From assembly GCF_018350175.1 (NCBI RefSeq), contig NC_058368.1:198092001-198156000 (forward strand): DNA of 64,000 bases, in the 5' to 3' direction. Position numbers and translations under genes: made by a program. The stretch comes from Felis catus (Eukaryota). This document shows positions 36,563 to 51,579 of this stretch, piece after piece; positions within the stretch are counted from its first letter, which is position 1, and each line of letters opens with the position of its first letter. Below the pieces are notes generated by a model. That model made no database searches, was not told where the DNA came from, and worked only from the letters and a program-made list of their open reading frames with translations.

Positions 36563-37220
36563 TGTGCTGCAAGATTTCTTAACCGGTTGTTTCATTCAAC
36601 TTATTTTTGTTGTTTAAAGATACTTAACTAAGCCACAGGGAGGGTTGAAAAATATCAGAGAAACTTTAAATTGTGGGGACTTGTCAGGGACAAGTGGCAA
36701 ACCATCAAAGAAGGATGGAGGTGAAAGAACCAGAGAATTTGGAAGCAGTCAGGGAGTTTGTGGTCTCACAGGAAGACATTCAAGAAGAGTGACCAGTGGC
36801 ACCATGTGTCATGAAGAGACCAGGGAGAGCTAAAGAGTCCTCAGGAGGACCATTCTAAAGCAATGATAGAGTCTGATGTGATTATATTAACCCAGTTAAT
36901 ACAATTCCATTTATACAGGTCCTTGTGACATAACCCTCACAGAGTAGATGTGTTTATACATTTTCCAGCCCTCTAGGAACTACGGGAGTACACAGAAATC
37001 TGAAATATTGGAGTTCAGAAGAGAAGCCTAAAGAATTCTAGTCTAAACCTTTTATTTTACAGATGAAACACCTAGACCCAAATAAATTTGGTGATAAAAT
37101 GTGTGTGGTAGTGAAAACTACTACTTATCATTGTACCACTTTTAGCCGTTCAATATTTTTAAAGGAAAACTTTCATATTGGTAGTTTACGTACCACATAT
37201 TTAAAAAATATATACACATA

Positions 37221-37432
37221 GGGGTGCTTGGGTGGCTCAGTCGGTTAAGTATCTGACTTCGGCTTAGGTCATAATCTCTCGGTTCATGAGTTCGAGCCCC
37301 CCACATCGGGCTCTGTGCTGACAGTTTAGGGCCTGGGGCTTGCTCCAGATTCTATGTCTCCCTCTCTCTCTTCCCCTCCCCTGCTCATGCTCTGTGTCTC
37401 TCTCTCTCAAAAATAAACATTAAAAAAATTTT
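37221..37432 (+). mobile_element. CAN-SINE
   Basis: ggggtgcttgggtggctcag...aaaataaacattaaaa. TSD-like aaatatataca. Confidence 0.9.
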
Positions 37433-37553
37433 AGAAATATATACATATATATCTATATTAAGACCTAAAAGGTATACATCTTTTCACACAAAAATTCTAT
37501 TGTTATGAATTTATTCTAAGGAAATAATTGTTTTGAGAGTACAAAAACATATA

Positions 37554-37787
37554 CAGTAAAACCTTGGTTTGCGAGCGTAATTCGTTCCGGAAACATACTT
37601 GTAATACAAAGCCCTTGTATATCAAAGCGAATTCCATTGGCTCAGTTGTGATCATGTGACATTCGGCGTCACATACTACTTGTACAGCAAGACATTGCTC
37701 CTTTATCAAGTTAAAATTTATTAGAAATGTTTGCTTGTCTTGTGGAACACTTGCAGAGCAAGTTACTCCCAATCCAAGGTCTTACTG
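37554..37787. mobile_element. Tigger/mariner-type non-autonomous DNA transposon (MER82-like)
   Basis: TA|cagtaaaaccttgg ... ccaaggtcttactg|TA: terminal inverted repeats with TA target duplications. Confidence 0.85.
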
Positions 37788-38049
37788 TATACAAAAAAAA
37801 GTTGCAATGTTTTGTTAGTAATTGTAAGTAATCTGAAAAGGTCATTGGTGGGATATTGATAAAGAAATGGCAGTGTAGCCATGAACTGACTACAACCTAG
37901 CCATTGTAAATGATGAAGTGTGTTTAGAATGACTGACAGAGGACACGTTCACTCCAAAGCACAAGGTGACAACGTAATCAGGGCCAGGAGTTGGTCAGGC
38001 GTGTGGCTGCCTAAACACAGAGTCCCTCTCCCCAGTTCGAAAGCAGCTA

Positions 38050-38429
38050 TTTTTTTAATTATCAAGTTAAATAACATATAGTGTAGTCTTGGTTTCTGGA
38101 GTACAATCCAGTGATTCATCCCTTACCTATAACACCTATTCATCCCAACAAGTGCCCTCCTTAATACCCATCACCATTTTCACCATCCTCATCAACCCTC
38201 AGTTTGTTCTCTGTATTTAGGAGTCTTATGGTTTTCCTCCTCTTTATTTTTATCTTATTTTTCCTTCCCTTCCCCTATGATCATCTGTTAAGTTTCTAAA
38301 ATTCCACATATGAGTGAAGTCATACGATATCTCTCTTTGACTTATTTCTCTTAATGTAATACCCTCCAGTTCCATCCATGTTGTTGCAAATGGCAAGATT
38401 TCATTCTTTTTCATCATCGAGTAGTATTT

Positions 38430-38474
<45 letters not shown>

Positions 38475-38560
38475 TGTGTGTATCACATCTTCTGAATCCA
38501 TTCATCAGTGGATGGACATTTGGGCTCTTTCCATAATTTGGGCATTGTTAATAGTGCGAA
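38050..38560 (-). mobile_element. Carnivore L1 3' end fragment with (TG)n
   Basis: Minus strand translates to ...KKNEILPFATTWMELEGITLREISQ, the L1 ORF2 C-terminus. Flanked by aaagcagcta. Confidence 0.88.
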
Positions 38561-41273
38561 AGCAGCTACTTTTTAAACACTTTAGTTTTTTATAGAAACA
38601 ACAATCCTCTTTTTGCGTTGCTGGTTTATTGACCCACACTGAATTTTTATTCAGGTTTGCAATAGTGATAACTGGTGCAAACAGGTTCGGTAACAAATAC
38701 AACAGACTCTTGGTATGCCTCTATTTCAACTGGCAGGAGTGCAAGTCTTCAGGTGCACCCCAGAGGGAGGTCTGTGTGCCTGCACCCTTTAGCGTACACC
38801 CTGGATATCATAGCTGTATGTTATCCAGAGAGAACAGAGACACATGGTGATCTCGGTGAAGTCACTACGGGGAGATCGCTTAAGAACACTTCTCTATAGT
38901 AAGTGGAAGAAAGCATGCTACGATGCCATAGGGATAATCTTATTCTGTGAAAAAATATATAAATAGAGACAGTAAGAGCGATGCCTATCTTATTCTTTAT
39001 ATCTGTACCTATATTCTGAAAGTTTTGCCGCTAGTTTTATAATTGGCAAAAAGAATAAAGCTCTCCTCGTTTTTGAAAGTTTCAATTGTAGCAAATGTAA
39101 ACAAATGAAGATGACTTTGTGGTTTATTGCGTACATGGTGACTAAAGGGAATAATCCTATTTTTCAGTGGTTTTGTGATGTACTTTGTCATCTTGACACT
39201 CGGTTAGATACAGAAATAGGATTTCAAACCAATTCAATGTAGAGAATTATCATTTTCTGATAAATCCTAGAAAGGCTACAAGGCACATTAGCACATTATA
39301 CTTCTCTCTTCTGGAAGAAAATCTTTTGGTCTGACAGAAGCAAAGCCAGTGAATCCTTAGTAAGTATAGATGAAGGTCTCTGGATCATAGGTACACATTT
39401 TAAAGTACAATATACCTTCTGCACCTATGCACAGAAATGCTATCTGCTTAAGCTGGTGGTTAGGCCACCAGGGTTTTAAAGTATTTCCTGACACCTGTGA
39501 AGTTGGTAAATATTTCCTGTTTTTGTTGTGTCTAGAGAAAACAGGAATTTACAACTTGGAAGCGATTATTAAACAAACGTTGTGAACGACCTCTACGTAT
39601 GTACTTCCCTGGTATGAGGCTTCATTTTCTTCAAATCTATCATAACATATTTCTCTTAAGGGAAAGATGTGATTGTCACACTAATCCGACAGCTAACTGA
39701 ATGGTGGAAGATAAGCCTTTGAACCAGGAGGAATGGCACCTTATCTTAGACGTGGGGTGGGTACTATGCAGTTTCAGAACTTAAATATAAATTTAATTAT
39801 AAGTCTTTAAGAGTTAGCAAAACAGAGAAAGTGAGCAATAAATCCCTATCGATGGCTCTGGGCTAACAATACATAGTTAACCTATGTGAAAAATATTTGT
39901 GATTATCTTAAGTACTATTGAAGGACCCTGGATTTTTTGAGTCAAAGGGAGCCAGGATTAACTCATTATCATATTCACCAATTATTGACTTTGGTTTGTT
40001 ACTTACCCACGCTGCCCCTTAGTGTCCTCTGCGAAAAGCGTGGCTAATGGCTCATGTACAACTTTGTAAGGACCTTGACCCATGTTCTATGCATGCCATT
40101 TTATCCTATCATTGCATCTGCCATGTACTAAGCTTTCTAATAAATGGCAGATCATTTAAAGCATTGTCATATAAGCCAACTTTCTTGTGTATTTCATATG
40201 TCCATTAATTGCAACAAGACTGAATCATTTCAAACATTGTAAGTGTTCCATTAAAGACAGATACATAAAGACATTGAAGAAAACTGACTCCTTAACACAC
40301 TTGAAGACGTCCATAAAAGGTAAATGGCCATGAGTGAAATTCAATTAATATCATTTGAAACTCTCTCACAATTCTACAAAAGACGTGACTATTTTTAAAG
40401 AACAAATAATAGTGTTCTATTTAAATCTCCAAACAATTATTAGCATGCTCCTGAAAGAAAAAAAAAAAGGTACAATGCTCCAGGAGAATGCAAGGGAGCC
40501 CTACAGATGTGGCACACTTCCCTGCATGTTATTTTTAGTTTTCTATTCCTGCCTTTTATTTTGGGACTTGGCCCGCTTCCTTTGTAGTTTCCCCTTAACT
40601 TGTTCATACCTTTCTTTCTGATATAATGCATTTTAAGCTGCCTTTTTTTTTTTTTTTTCACCTCTCAAAGGAAGCTCAAGGAATGTTGGCCAGCTCAGAA
40701 ATCCCTGCTAGTCTTGGCAGTAGCCGAGATCTTGGTTTGAAAACAACCTTGGAAACCCAGGATCATGGTTGACTCTCTAGTTATTTAATGAATCAGAGCT
40801 AGGGAGGCATCTGAGACCAGAGATCAGTAGCTTTTGAATACCATTTTCTCGAAATTGTTTCTTGGCCTCTGGAAACCAGAGGAATTTGAAAATGGACTCA
40901 TTTCTCTTAGACTCACACAAAAGCGAAATCCAGTTTAAAACATAAGGAGAAAGCACGGTAGATGTACTAGAAGGCTATTTTGCCTTTTACCCATGAGCAG
41001 TTAGGCGGTCTGCTTGGAGGAGAATTCGTTTTGCACAGGGTCAACGGAAGCAGGGTTAGGAGATGAGGTGTGGTCCCTGTCTTTAAAGAGCCTTGTGGAG
41101 ATGGGATAGGGAGAACTGAAACACACAGTTGCCCAATTCAATCATGGGGGTACTTTGTGGTTGTTTGGTCGCGAGCAAAACGAAACAAAACAGTGGAAAA
41201 ATGGACTCCGGCCAACGTCAACAAAAATGTAACGTCTTGGTAGGATGGGGGTGCCTCACAAAATGGAAAAACA

Positions 41274-41445
41274 GGGGCAACTGGGTGGTTCAGTCGGTTG
41301 AGCGTCCGACTTCAACTCAGGTCATAATCTCGTGGTTTGTGGGTTCGAGCATCGCGTTGGGCTCCATGCTGAGAGCTGGGACCTTGGAACCTGCTTTGCA
41401 TTTTGTATGTGTGTGTGTGTCTCTCTCTCTGCCCCTCCCCTGCTC

Positions 41446-41504
<59 letters not shown>

Positions 41505-41518
41505 AATAAACATTAAAA
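41274..41518 (+). mobile_element. CAN-SINE with expanded (CT)n
   Basis: TSD aaaatggaaaaaca. Confidence 0.9.
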
Positions 41519-43074
41519 TGGAAAAACAAAACACCTGCTGAATTCATTGGTTTGGATGTGGCAGGGCAGCTGGGGAGGTGCAGGTGACAGGAGCGACCAC
41601 ACATTACACCGGGGTGCTGCTGCTGGGACAAAGAGTCACAGTCATTTTGTGCATATTCTAGTGCTTCTCAGTTGTTCCACGCCTCTCTGAAACTCCTTTT
41701 TTGGGATATTGTCCTCTGACCTTATGGCCCTTTTTAACAAATAGCTCGATGGTGACAAACATTCTTCCCTTGTAGCTGGGTTTCATTTTTGGATGTAGCC
41801 AATGCCCTTCAGAACCCAGTCTGGCCCATAAGATGTTGATCAATTTGGGCAGTGCTGTTTTGCTGAAAAACAAGTTGTGAAAGACAAGAAAGAAATAGTA
41901 GAATCTGAGCCGGAAGGAGTGCTTTAGAGAACCACGAACTCACTCTATGGTCTTGGGGATTTAGGAAGTAGGAGCCCAATGTAGGTCATTTCTGTTGTTG
42001 GTGCTTTTGGGAGAAACACTGAAAATGTTGCTCAGGTGTTTTTTGCAAGTTGGTTGAAGCTTCTTCATGGATGAAGCAGAGGCGTGGCCAGGTTCATGGC
42101 CATGGTGTCAGTGGCAGGAAGAAATCACAGTTCGACTGCTCCCTTTATCTATATCATAGTCTGGCCATTGATTTCTTTTTTTTTTTTTCTTAAATAACTT
42201 TATTTGATATCAAAGGCAAAAACATTATTATTCGCAATTGCTTGAAGGCAAAATTGTCTTTTGAAAAATCCACTTATTTAACAGCTATTTTTATATTTTA
42301 TATTTTTATATACATTTATGAAGAACAGTTATATTCTTCATCTTGAAGTATTATTTTTAAAAACCTTCTTCCCTTCCATCCTACCTAAATGGCTGCAACT
42401 TATGCTTCAACAGGAAAAAAAAAGCATACAATATGTACACAAATTGAGAGAGGGAATCTTAACTTTGGGGGTATTTGGGTGAAGGGTATGTGAGAATTTT
42501 TTCTCTTCTTAAAGTTGTCTGTAAATCTGAAATTAGGTCAAAGTAAATGTTAAAAAGGGGATCACTGATGGTTTGATGAGTATTTCCAGGCTGCTTCCTT
42601 AACTGTCTTTTCTCATTGTCTTTACAACAATTAGATCAACATAACACCTGTTACAAACCTTGAAAAGCTGCCACCCTTAGGAAATATGCTCAGGGTGGTG
42701 ACCCCCCTCTTGCTTCAGAGGCTCTGGAAAGCACTATCTCTCCATCTCTGAGTCTCCATGGGGGCCATGACACACAAAAGCAACAATAAAAGCCAAGACA
42801 GAAGCATCGAGGGACTAGAACACCTACTTTTTGTAGGCAGAGAGCAGCAAGGCCAGCAAGGGCCAAGCCAAGATGGCACCAACACCCACAGCACGGCAGC
42901 GATTAGAGGAGGTGTCCACACCCTAGTGAGATGATACATTGGAGGCTGGGGAGGAGTTCCCCAGGGCAGGTGCAAATCTCCTCTTAACCCTATGATCATT
43001 GTCACTCATTCCAAAGTACCACATCTGGTCAACATGCCTTTTTTTATTTGTGCAATTATTTTCCGGGCAATAAA

Positions 43075-43842
43075 GAATGTATGGATCCAGCAATTCCATG
43101 TCTGGGCATTTATCCAAAGAGAGTGAAACCACAAACTTGAAAAGATATGTCCCCCCCCCCCCCATATACACTGCAACATCATTTATGATAGCGAAGACAT
43201 GGAAACAATCTAAGTATTCATGGATGGTTGAATAGATAAAGAAATTGTGGTGTACACACACACACACATACATACATACACACACACTGGAATATTATTC
43301 AGTCATAAAAAAAGAAAATCTTGCCATTTTTAACAACATGGATGGTATGCATGGATCTTGAAGACATTATACTGAGTGAAATAAGTCAGACAAAGAGAGA
43401 CAAATACTAAATGACCTCATTTATATGTGGAATTTAAAAACCAAAACCAAAACAAACAAACAAACAAACAAACAAACAAAAAACAAGTTAATAGATATGG
43501 AGAACAGATTGGTGGCCGCCAGAGGTGTGGCAGAAATGGACAAAATGAGTGAAGGTGGTCAAAAGGTACAAACTTTCAGTTATAAATAAATCAGTCATAG
43601 GGATAAATGCAGAACATGGTGACTAGGGTTATTAACACTGTACTGCATCTTTGAACGTTGCTAAGTAGATTTTAAAAGTTCTCATCACAAGAAAAAAATT
43701 TTGGAACTAGGTAGGGTGATGGATGTTAACCAGAGTTACCTTGGTGATGATTTCACAATGTATGCCAATTATTAAACCATTAAGCTGTGCACCTGACACG
43801 AATATAATGTTATATGTCACTTATGCCTCAATAAAAAAAAAG
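43075..43842 (+). mobile_element. L1 3' end (L1MA type)
   Basis: gatccagcaattcc...ttgccatttttaacaacatggatg...ctgagtgaaataagtcagaca...ctcaataaaaaaaa. Confidence 0.88.
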
Positions 43843-45149
43843 AATTAATGAACTATGTTTACTTGTTCTTATTCAAGCAAGATTAACCTTCCATTTTCAG
43901 AGATGAGAAGGTTTTAATAGATGGGGAGATCTTTAGTATATTTATACACTTCCATCTTGATAGGTTGGTGGCTGTGCTGGAGATCGCCTTGGCACGTCAG
44001 GGCTGTAATTCTGAAACTGTGACATTCGGGATAAATGTGAATTTTGACTGCTCAGTGGGTGAACACTTCAGATGGGAAAAACTGGACGGGATGTTTTCAT
44101 CTTTTCCAGAGCGTTTTCTTTCCCGTGAGTGCTGCCCTCATGGAGTTTTTTTTATGTGTTCTGAAGTAAGGAGAAAAGAGACAGGGAGCCAGTCGCCTGG
44201 GGAAGAAAGTGTCCCAGGGCACTGGGGGGACTCTTCTCAGATGCCCTGTTTACTGATGGACAAGGGGGCTGGGATGTAGGTGGCTTTGGGATTTCTTCTT
44301 TGGGGAGATTTGATGTGACTTTTAGAATGGCACACCTTGGCTGTGATGAAGTGATCTCCACTCATCACACTGTGGGAAAAGTTTTTCCTTTAATGACTCG
44401 AAAACATGGGCTTGTTATTCTGAAAAAGCAGAGCACATCCTCATTCCACAGAAACAATGTGACACAGACCTGGACCTGGGCCAAGGTTTTCTATGAATAG
44501 AACTTAGCAAAGAGCATGTTAGAAACACTCTGGATTCACATGGCAATCCTGGATGCCTGATCTCAACAAAGGAAACGATTTACCTGCTCTTCAAAGGTGG
44601 AAATTAAGAGGATTCCCTCTTGAACTCCTGCACATAATCAGACCAGGGCTTCCTGGTTAGATCCTGTAGCTGTCTGCACCACTGAGATGATGTTGGTGCC
44701 TGCCATCTGGGAGGCATTTGCTTCTGAGGTGCATTTCAAGAATTCTGATGGATTTCAACTGAGAATACACATCAATAAGATGCCCCAGGGGCAGTGGACG
44801 GTGTTGAACAGGCAAGTGCCATCTGGTCCGGCCTGCACTGTGCTCTGCACATGTGATGTTTTTGTCTAGGTTTGCTTGATCACAAGGAACAGAAATCCAG
44901 TCAAAAGAGCTCACGTTATAAAATGGGGGGGAGGGCACTATTTTGAGGATATAGAAATCTTATAAAGTAGGTTGGCCCTATGGGAATTAAGGAGGCATCT
45001 AGAACAGACACAACTCCTCTCTCTCCCTCTGTTGTCAGTACTCTTGGGACTTTGCTCCTAAGCTTGTTTGACCTTTCATGCCTGGTCCATCCTCTTTGCT
45101 GTCAGTTGGCTTCTACTGGTTAACCATAATGTTAATAATCATAATGTAA

Positions 45150-45400
45150 TACCGGTAGCGGCTGACACTTTTTGCGTGTTTATTCTGTGCATGCCATGTT
45201 CTAAGAGCTTTACGTGTATTAAAATTAGTTTAGTCTTCACAACAGCCCCATGAGGCAGGTACTACTTTTATACCCATTTTTCCAATTGAGTACGTTGAGG
45301 CATAGCAAGGGAGAGTAGCTCACCCAGGATCACACAGCTGGTAAGGGCAGAGGTGAGTCTCCAATTCGGGCAGTTTGGCTCTGTTTTAACTCCTCCATTA
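45150..45400 (-). mobile_element. MIR
   Basis: cttcacaacagccccatgaggcaggtactacttttatacccattttt...cacccaggatcacacagctggtaag. Confidence 0.75.
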
Positions 45401-47559
45401 CTTTGGCCTGCTCAAGGTATTGCCATGTTTCGGCAGTAATTCCTTCCCCAGCCCTACGTAAAAATTTTTTTTCTAGAGTTCCAACTCTCTAGTTGATTAC
45501 AGGATAGTCTCTGGATACATTAGCACAAATTTGTGAGAAAAAAAAATTTGCTTCGGCACAGGCCAACCAGCTCACTTTAAAAAAAAAAATGTATCTATCA
45601 TAGCTCTTTCACTACAAATTCAAATTATTTGTTGGTGGCAAAGGACAGAAACTCAGTATAAAATCATTTAAATAAAAAAAAGGGAAGGTATCGGCTCTTT
45701 AACTGGGAATCCCAGAAAGTGGGTCCTGCCAGCTTCAGGCTTGGCTTAATCCAGGGTCTACACTTATGTCATCGGGATTCTATCTCCTTCCTTGTCTCTC
45801 AGGATCAGGCAGTCTGGGGGTGCCCATCTAGTGCAGTGACTCCAGAAGTTTCTCAATTAGCTACAGCAGAAGAGTCCCAGCATGTGCCTTGGTGGGATAG
45901 TCTGAGTGACTAGGCCATGGTTGGGGGTGACTATGGAAGAATCCTCCATAGTCACAATCAGCTACACCTACAGGTGAGATGGGGCATAGTTCACAAGCTA
46001 CCAAGGATCTGAAGGGCTGGAACCAGGAGGAAGTCTCTGGTAAGAGGGCATGGGAAAAGCAATGTGGTGACATTGACACATCCAAGTAGATAAGTTCTGG
46101 GAAGCATATTACAGCACCTGACCTTAGGAGAAAGAAATGCTTAGGTTCCAGGAACATGAATCTTGTCCATGTTGCACAACTAACTAAGGGAATGACATTC
46201 GGCAGGTAACTCAGTCTCTCTGGGCCACTGTTTCCTCATCTGTAAGATGAGTGGCTTTATCTACTGACCTCTGAGATCCCTTTGCATTATTCTATCTTTA
46301 AAGTCTTGAATTAGACTTTGATCCTCTAGGCTGTAGTGATTCATCTCATTGCTTGAGATGATCGAGAATAAAAAGACTAAGTCCAGGAAGGATGTACTCA
46401 CGATCCACGAGCATACTGTAGAGCTGGCTTCCCATGTAACACAATTTGAAGGCAATAGAATTGTCACTTGCCCTCCAACTTCCCCCAGTCTAGCATAGTG
46501 CCTGAAACTCCAGTAATGATACATTTTTAGGTTTGGGGTCAAAGACCCAAGTTATTGGCCACTATGCTTGTCCATCTCTCACTAATCACACTGGATTTAG
46601 TGCATCTTGTTCTCTTGCCTATAATGTCCCTCTGACTCCCATCCTTTGCCAAGTTAACTCTTAGTCATTCTTCACATTTCTATGCAACCATCCATTTTTT
46701 AGGGAAACATTCCTGAATTTCTAGACTTAGCTAAATTCCTGTCTGATATGCTCTGCAGGCACCGGTCAAATTTCTCTGCAGGCATCTATGGCGGATGCAA
46801 TTATCTATCAATTAGGCACACACTAAGTCTTTTCAAGAGACTATAAGCTCCACGAAGATACAAATTGCATCTAATTGTTTTCATTCACTATTTATCTCTA
46901 AGAAGTACATAGTGCTTGGCCTATAATAGAGACCCAATAACCATTCATTCCAAGTTTAGTGTTAAGGTGGTTTGCTTCATCAGGGAAAATTGCATATAGT
47001 AGCAAAATTTATCTTCGTGCATTTCTCTTCAACTTACATTTTACAAATGTGGTCTATGATTGGCTAAGGCAGTGAAAGGTGAGAAAAGAAGGTCCCAGAA
47101 CTTCCACCCTTTCATTTAGTCAGGAGATAGCAGATGTGATCAGGCTTTTCTTCCTTGACATTTACCCTCCCAATATAAACCCTTAGCACCTAGCATCACG
47201 TAGGACTCAAAGTCTCTCTTAAGAGACCCCATGTTCAACTTCCATTTGGCAAGATATCGAAACCAACTTGCCTCTTCTGGGGAAGGGTCAATTCACATAC
47301 CCGGGGCATGTTTCTTGTTAACTAGTATTCAGTGATCACAGATAGAGCCTCAGTGTTGCTAACAGTGGCAATGAGAGAGGTGGAACAGAACCGTCTTGTA
47401 TTCCACACATCTCTCCACTTTGCAAGAAAGACTGGTACTTCCACGGATCCTTAGTGCCTGGGCTGTGCCATCTAAAGAACAGACACAAAAGCAAAACAGG
47501 AATGTAACACTGGAGTGTGCCTCATTTCCTTCCAGTCTCCTCAGGATCCAAGAAGACGT

Positions 47560-47905
47560 CAGGTCTGATTGTATGGGGTTGAAAAGTCTGCAGAGATAGT
47601 CATGGCTCTGGGAAGCAGTGAGCGTGCTAAAATGGGGAGCATCGACAGGCAGCATGGAGGGCCATCCATAGCTGGAAAGGATGTCTTAATGGAATCCCCA
47701 GCTTCAAAACTTTCAGCAGGGTCCCCCGAAGTTTCCGTGGAGACTCCATGACAGCTTAGCTTTCCCTCTGTCCAATCCTGTTCCCTTTTTCTTCCTTTCC
47801 CTTCCTTTCCTCTCCACAGATGCTGCTTCGAGAGGATGCCCTGACAAACCACCTGCACACTCACCTCCTTCTCAGAGTTGGCTTCCCAGGGAGTTCAACC
47901 TGGAG
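47560..47905. mobile_element. LTR16-like ERVL solo LTR
   Basis: tccctctgtccaatcctgttcc...aaaccacctgcacactcacctccttctcagagttggcttcccaggga resembles an LTR16 end. Confidence 0.6.
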
Positions 47906-49124
47906 CAAGGACCCAGCCTAGAGGGTTAGTAGGGGTTTCCACGCAACCCATGTTTGGTCACCAAGGCGTAGCTGCCTTTTGTGGTCATTTGCCCCCGTGG
48001 GAACCTTTTTTGAAGCTCCTCTGTCCGGAGGGAACACATTTGTGTCACTCATCAGCTGGGAGGAGCCACCTTTATAATACATCTGCCTCGCTGGAGTTCT
48101 TTTGCAATTTGCGTTAAGCCACCAGAAAGTGTCTTTTGCCAACCCAAGCTCTATATCACCAGGGTGCAGGCCTATTACTTAAGTTTGGATGAAGTAGAAA
48201 CAAAAATAAAAATATTTCTGGGAAAAACATTAAGGAGGAAGTGAAAGAGAGTGTCTTGAATTTGAGGAAAAAAATAAACCAAAAGGAAATTCCATAGGTA
48301 GTTCTTCAGGGCTCAGGTCCTTGTGATTTTATTAACCTGAGGGAGAAGAAATTTAAAACGGAAATCACTTTCAGATTTAAAGGCAGCTTCTGAGGTGACA
48401 GGAAAATGGCTGAGAAATCCATTCCTGCTTGCTATTTAGGCCCCATCAAAAAATATTTTTTAGTGTTGTGTGGCATCTCCTGGGTATTGTGATAGCTCCC
48501 CACTATGCCCATGGGCACTTGGCAAACAATAGACAGGAACCAGAGAGAAGGCACAATTCCATCAGGACTACTTAAATTTAATTTTAGGCCAAGTAAAAGA
48601 AACTCGAGATGGAATGTCCAAAGTGACCACACAGTAAAAATAGAAAAATTCCTTTGTAAATAGGACTTGGGACAATGAGATAGGTTGGAAGATTTGCCTT
48701 GAATTGTTATTTGTGTGTATTATTACCCTGAACAGAATGTAAGCTCCTTAAAGACAGGGAGGTCATTTGTATCCTTGATAAGGCTGGTCCAACATTTCAC
48801 ATAGGTTAAAAGAGCAGTAAATGCTTAGTTATGAATGAATGAATGAATGAATGAATCCAGCTCCTACCGATCAACCCTGGTCTTTCACAACATATGTTTT
48901 CACTGATTTATTCATTCAACAAATTTGTTAACTGCTTTCTATAAACCAGATGCTGGATCTACAAAGGGAGCGCACAGTTCAAGAGAAGGACAGACTATTT
49001 TCCAGAGAGGATAACACATTGGGCTAAGCTAAGAAGTAAGGTGTGTCCGGGTCAACAGGGGCCTCAGAGAAACATCTCAGAAAAGGTAAACTGAGATTGG
49101 TAGGAGTTTGATCAAGAACAGTGT

Positions 49125-49260
49125 AAAAACGGTTGATGAGCATTGAGGAGGACACTTGCTGGGATGAGCACTGGGTGCTGTGGGTGAGTGATAAATCCCG
49201 GGAATCTACCCCCAAAACCAAGAGCACACTGACAATAAATTATATGTGCATATAAAAAGA
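49125..49260 (+). mobile_element. Heavily 5'-truncated carnivore L1 3' end
   Basis: acttgctgggatgagcactgggtg...gaatctacccccaaaacc...acaataaa. TSD aagaaca(g/a)tgta. Confidence 0.75.
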
Positions 49261-51543
49261 AGAACAATGTAGGTCAAGGAAGTTCGAGGCAGAGGGAACA
49301 GCATTTGCAAAGTGGAGATTTGTCAGATCATGGCACCTATGGGAAATTTTAAGTATTTCTATATGAGTAGTATGCTTAGGGGATGAAGAAATTTGAGATG
49401 AAGTTGCAAGACAGGCTCAAGACAGATGGTGCAAGGTCTTTAGCGCTGTATATAGTGACTGATTTTCCCCTGTAATAAACAAATAGAAGCTGAGCACAAT
49501 TCTGTGCACAGTTGTATAATGATGAATTCGATTCTATATGTGTATACTGATGTAACAGATGCAGAATGACAGGGGGACAAGTGTTCTGTTCACTTTTTCA
49601 AGGTAGAGGTAGCCCAGTTATGAAACAATGAGGATGGTAAGTGCTACGAGCAGGATATTTGACCTGTCAGGCTGTTTATTATGTTGTGGGATGACCTCAT
49701 ATCCAGACTTGGATAAACACAAATAATGCCCTTACATGGATAGAGAATTTCCAGTTCTCAAGCCTCTTCTAAATGCAGTACCATTTGGATCCTTACACTA
49801 GACTATGAGATAGACAGAGACAACAATATTCCAGACTCCCCAGCACGGAGTGAAATGGCATATCTAAAAGCACGCAGTGATTTATGGCAGGTACCTTCTT
49901 TCTATAGAAATTTAGGGTTGCCAGAAGTGATCCATTTACTGGAAAGACAGAGATCTGCAGGTGGGCCTTTGCACGCTATTAGTTAATCATCCCCATGGAA
50001 ATGTGGCCCTGGACTAGCAGATCCACAGAGGGACAAACCTACACAGGGGATACAGCTGGGTAAGGTGACCTGGCATTCAGAGCATTGAAGGAGGGAGGTA
50101 TGGGTTGGGGATGCTTTGTGACCACAGATTTACCTGTTCTTGATACTCTAATCATCTGTAGACCATGTTAAAATTTATTGGATCTGGACAAAGTAGTACA
50201 GTGTTCTTTCAGCAAGACTCCAGAATAGAGATAGAGAGCTAACTATAGTAAGAAGACAGCAATACAGGGGAAGAATAAAATTCTTCATGAAAAAGAGAGC
50301 AGGCACCATTGGTTCCAGATTCTACTGTTAGATTTAGAATTTGTTTGCCTGTTTTAGCACTTTGTACAAGTGAAGGTTACAAAAGTAAAATAATAATAAT
50401 AATACAAATTTTAAATATGTTTGGGAACAAATAATAGGCTAAAGACTCAGATTGCTTTTGAGTGCTTTTTATTTTTCAAATGGAGTGCTTGCTTAGGGAA
50501 TGATTGCATTTTTAAAAGTTTGGCCAAAAGATCCATAGATAGACATATTTTGAATTTTCTATCCTACAGTTTAAATGGAAAATCTTGCCATATATTTTTG
50601 TGGCTCTCCAAAGCAGTCATTAGTTTTATACTTACTATGTTCAGCCTGGAATTTAAGTGCATACAGAGTGTATTGCCAGGACAGTTTTTTACTTTATGCT
50701 GGATGTTTGTTTTTTTTTTAAATGGAATATATTTATGACTTAATAGTCAAGAACCAAAATTACTGTAAAACCACATTGCCACCAACATTTAAAAAATGTC
50801 TCCAGAAATAACAAAAACTTTAACAGAAAAAAGAAAACACATTGAAATTTTTAAATTACAAAGTTATCTTTTACAATTTAAAATGAGTTTCCATTTCATA
50901 CTTTTTTACCAGTCGAGCTAAGATTTAAAAAGAATGTGTTACTTGGAAAAAAAAAAAAGTAACTACATTTTTCTTTTTGTCATTGAATATAAAAGCATTG
51001 GAAGATTTCTGTCAAAATGTCTTAAAAGGTTCATGTATGAGTAATAAGACACATATACTGAGAAAATAAAAAAGACTTAGCCAGATTGAAAACAAGATAA
51101 ATGCCCTCATGAATAATCCTCTTGAAATGGAAGATGCTTGAATGTGGTGAGCAGGGCTCAAGCCATGAGCCTTCTGAGCCAGTTCTGGGTTGGAACTGAA
51201 GGGTTAGTCTCTGCAAGGGTTGTGGGGACAAGGAAGCATTTTGAAAGGTAGGACCAGGACTCAGAATCCCTTGAAAGCCCAAGTGGACTTTCATAGGTGT
51301 GGAGGAAGGTTGAACCCTCTGCCAGAAGCTATGATTTAAGGAAGCTGTTGAACTGGGGAAAACCTACCAATGTAGTTCTATGAACCAAGATGCCCTTTGG
51401 GTGAATGAATCTGTAGTCTCTCCAAAAACCATCACTGCGGAAACTCCCTGGCCTGTTAGGTTATTTGCAAGGACGGTGGCTTCCGATGGAGTCAACTACA
51501 AAACTACTAAATAGGGATGGGAACATGGAAGCAGAAGGGAGAG

Positions 51544-51579
<36 letters not shown>

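Noticed and set aside
38250..38501. ORF containing an L1 ORF2-like peptide
   Set aside because: A truncated L1 3' remnant interrupted by a microsatellite, not a functional retrotransposon gene.
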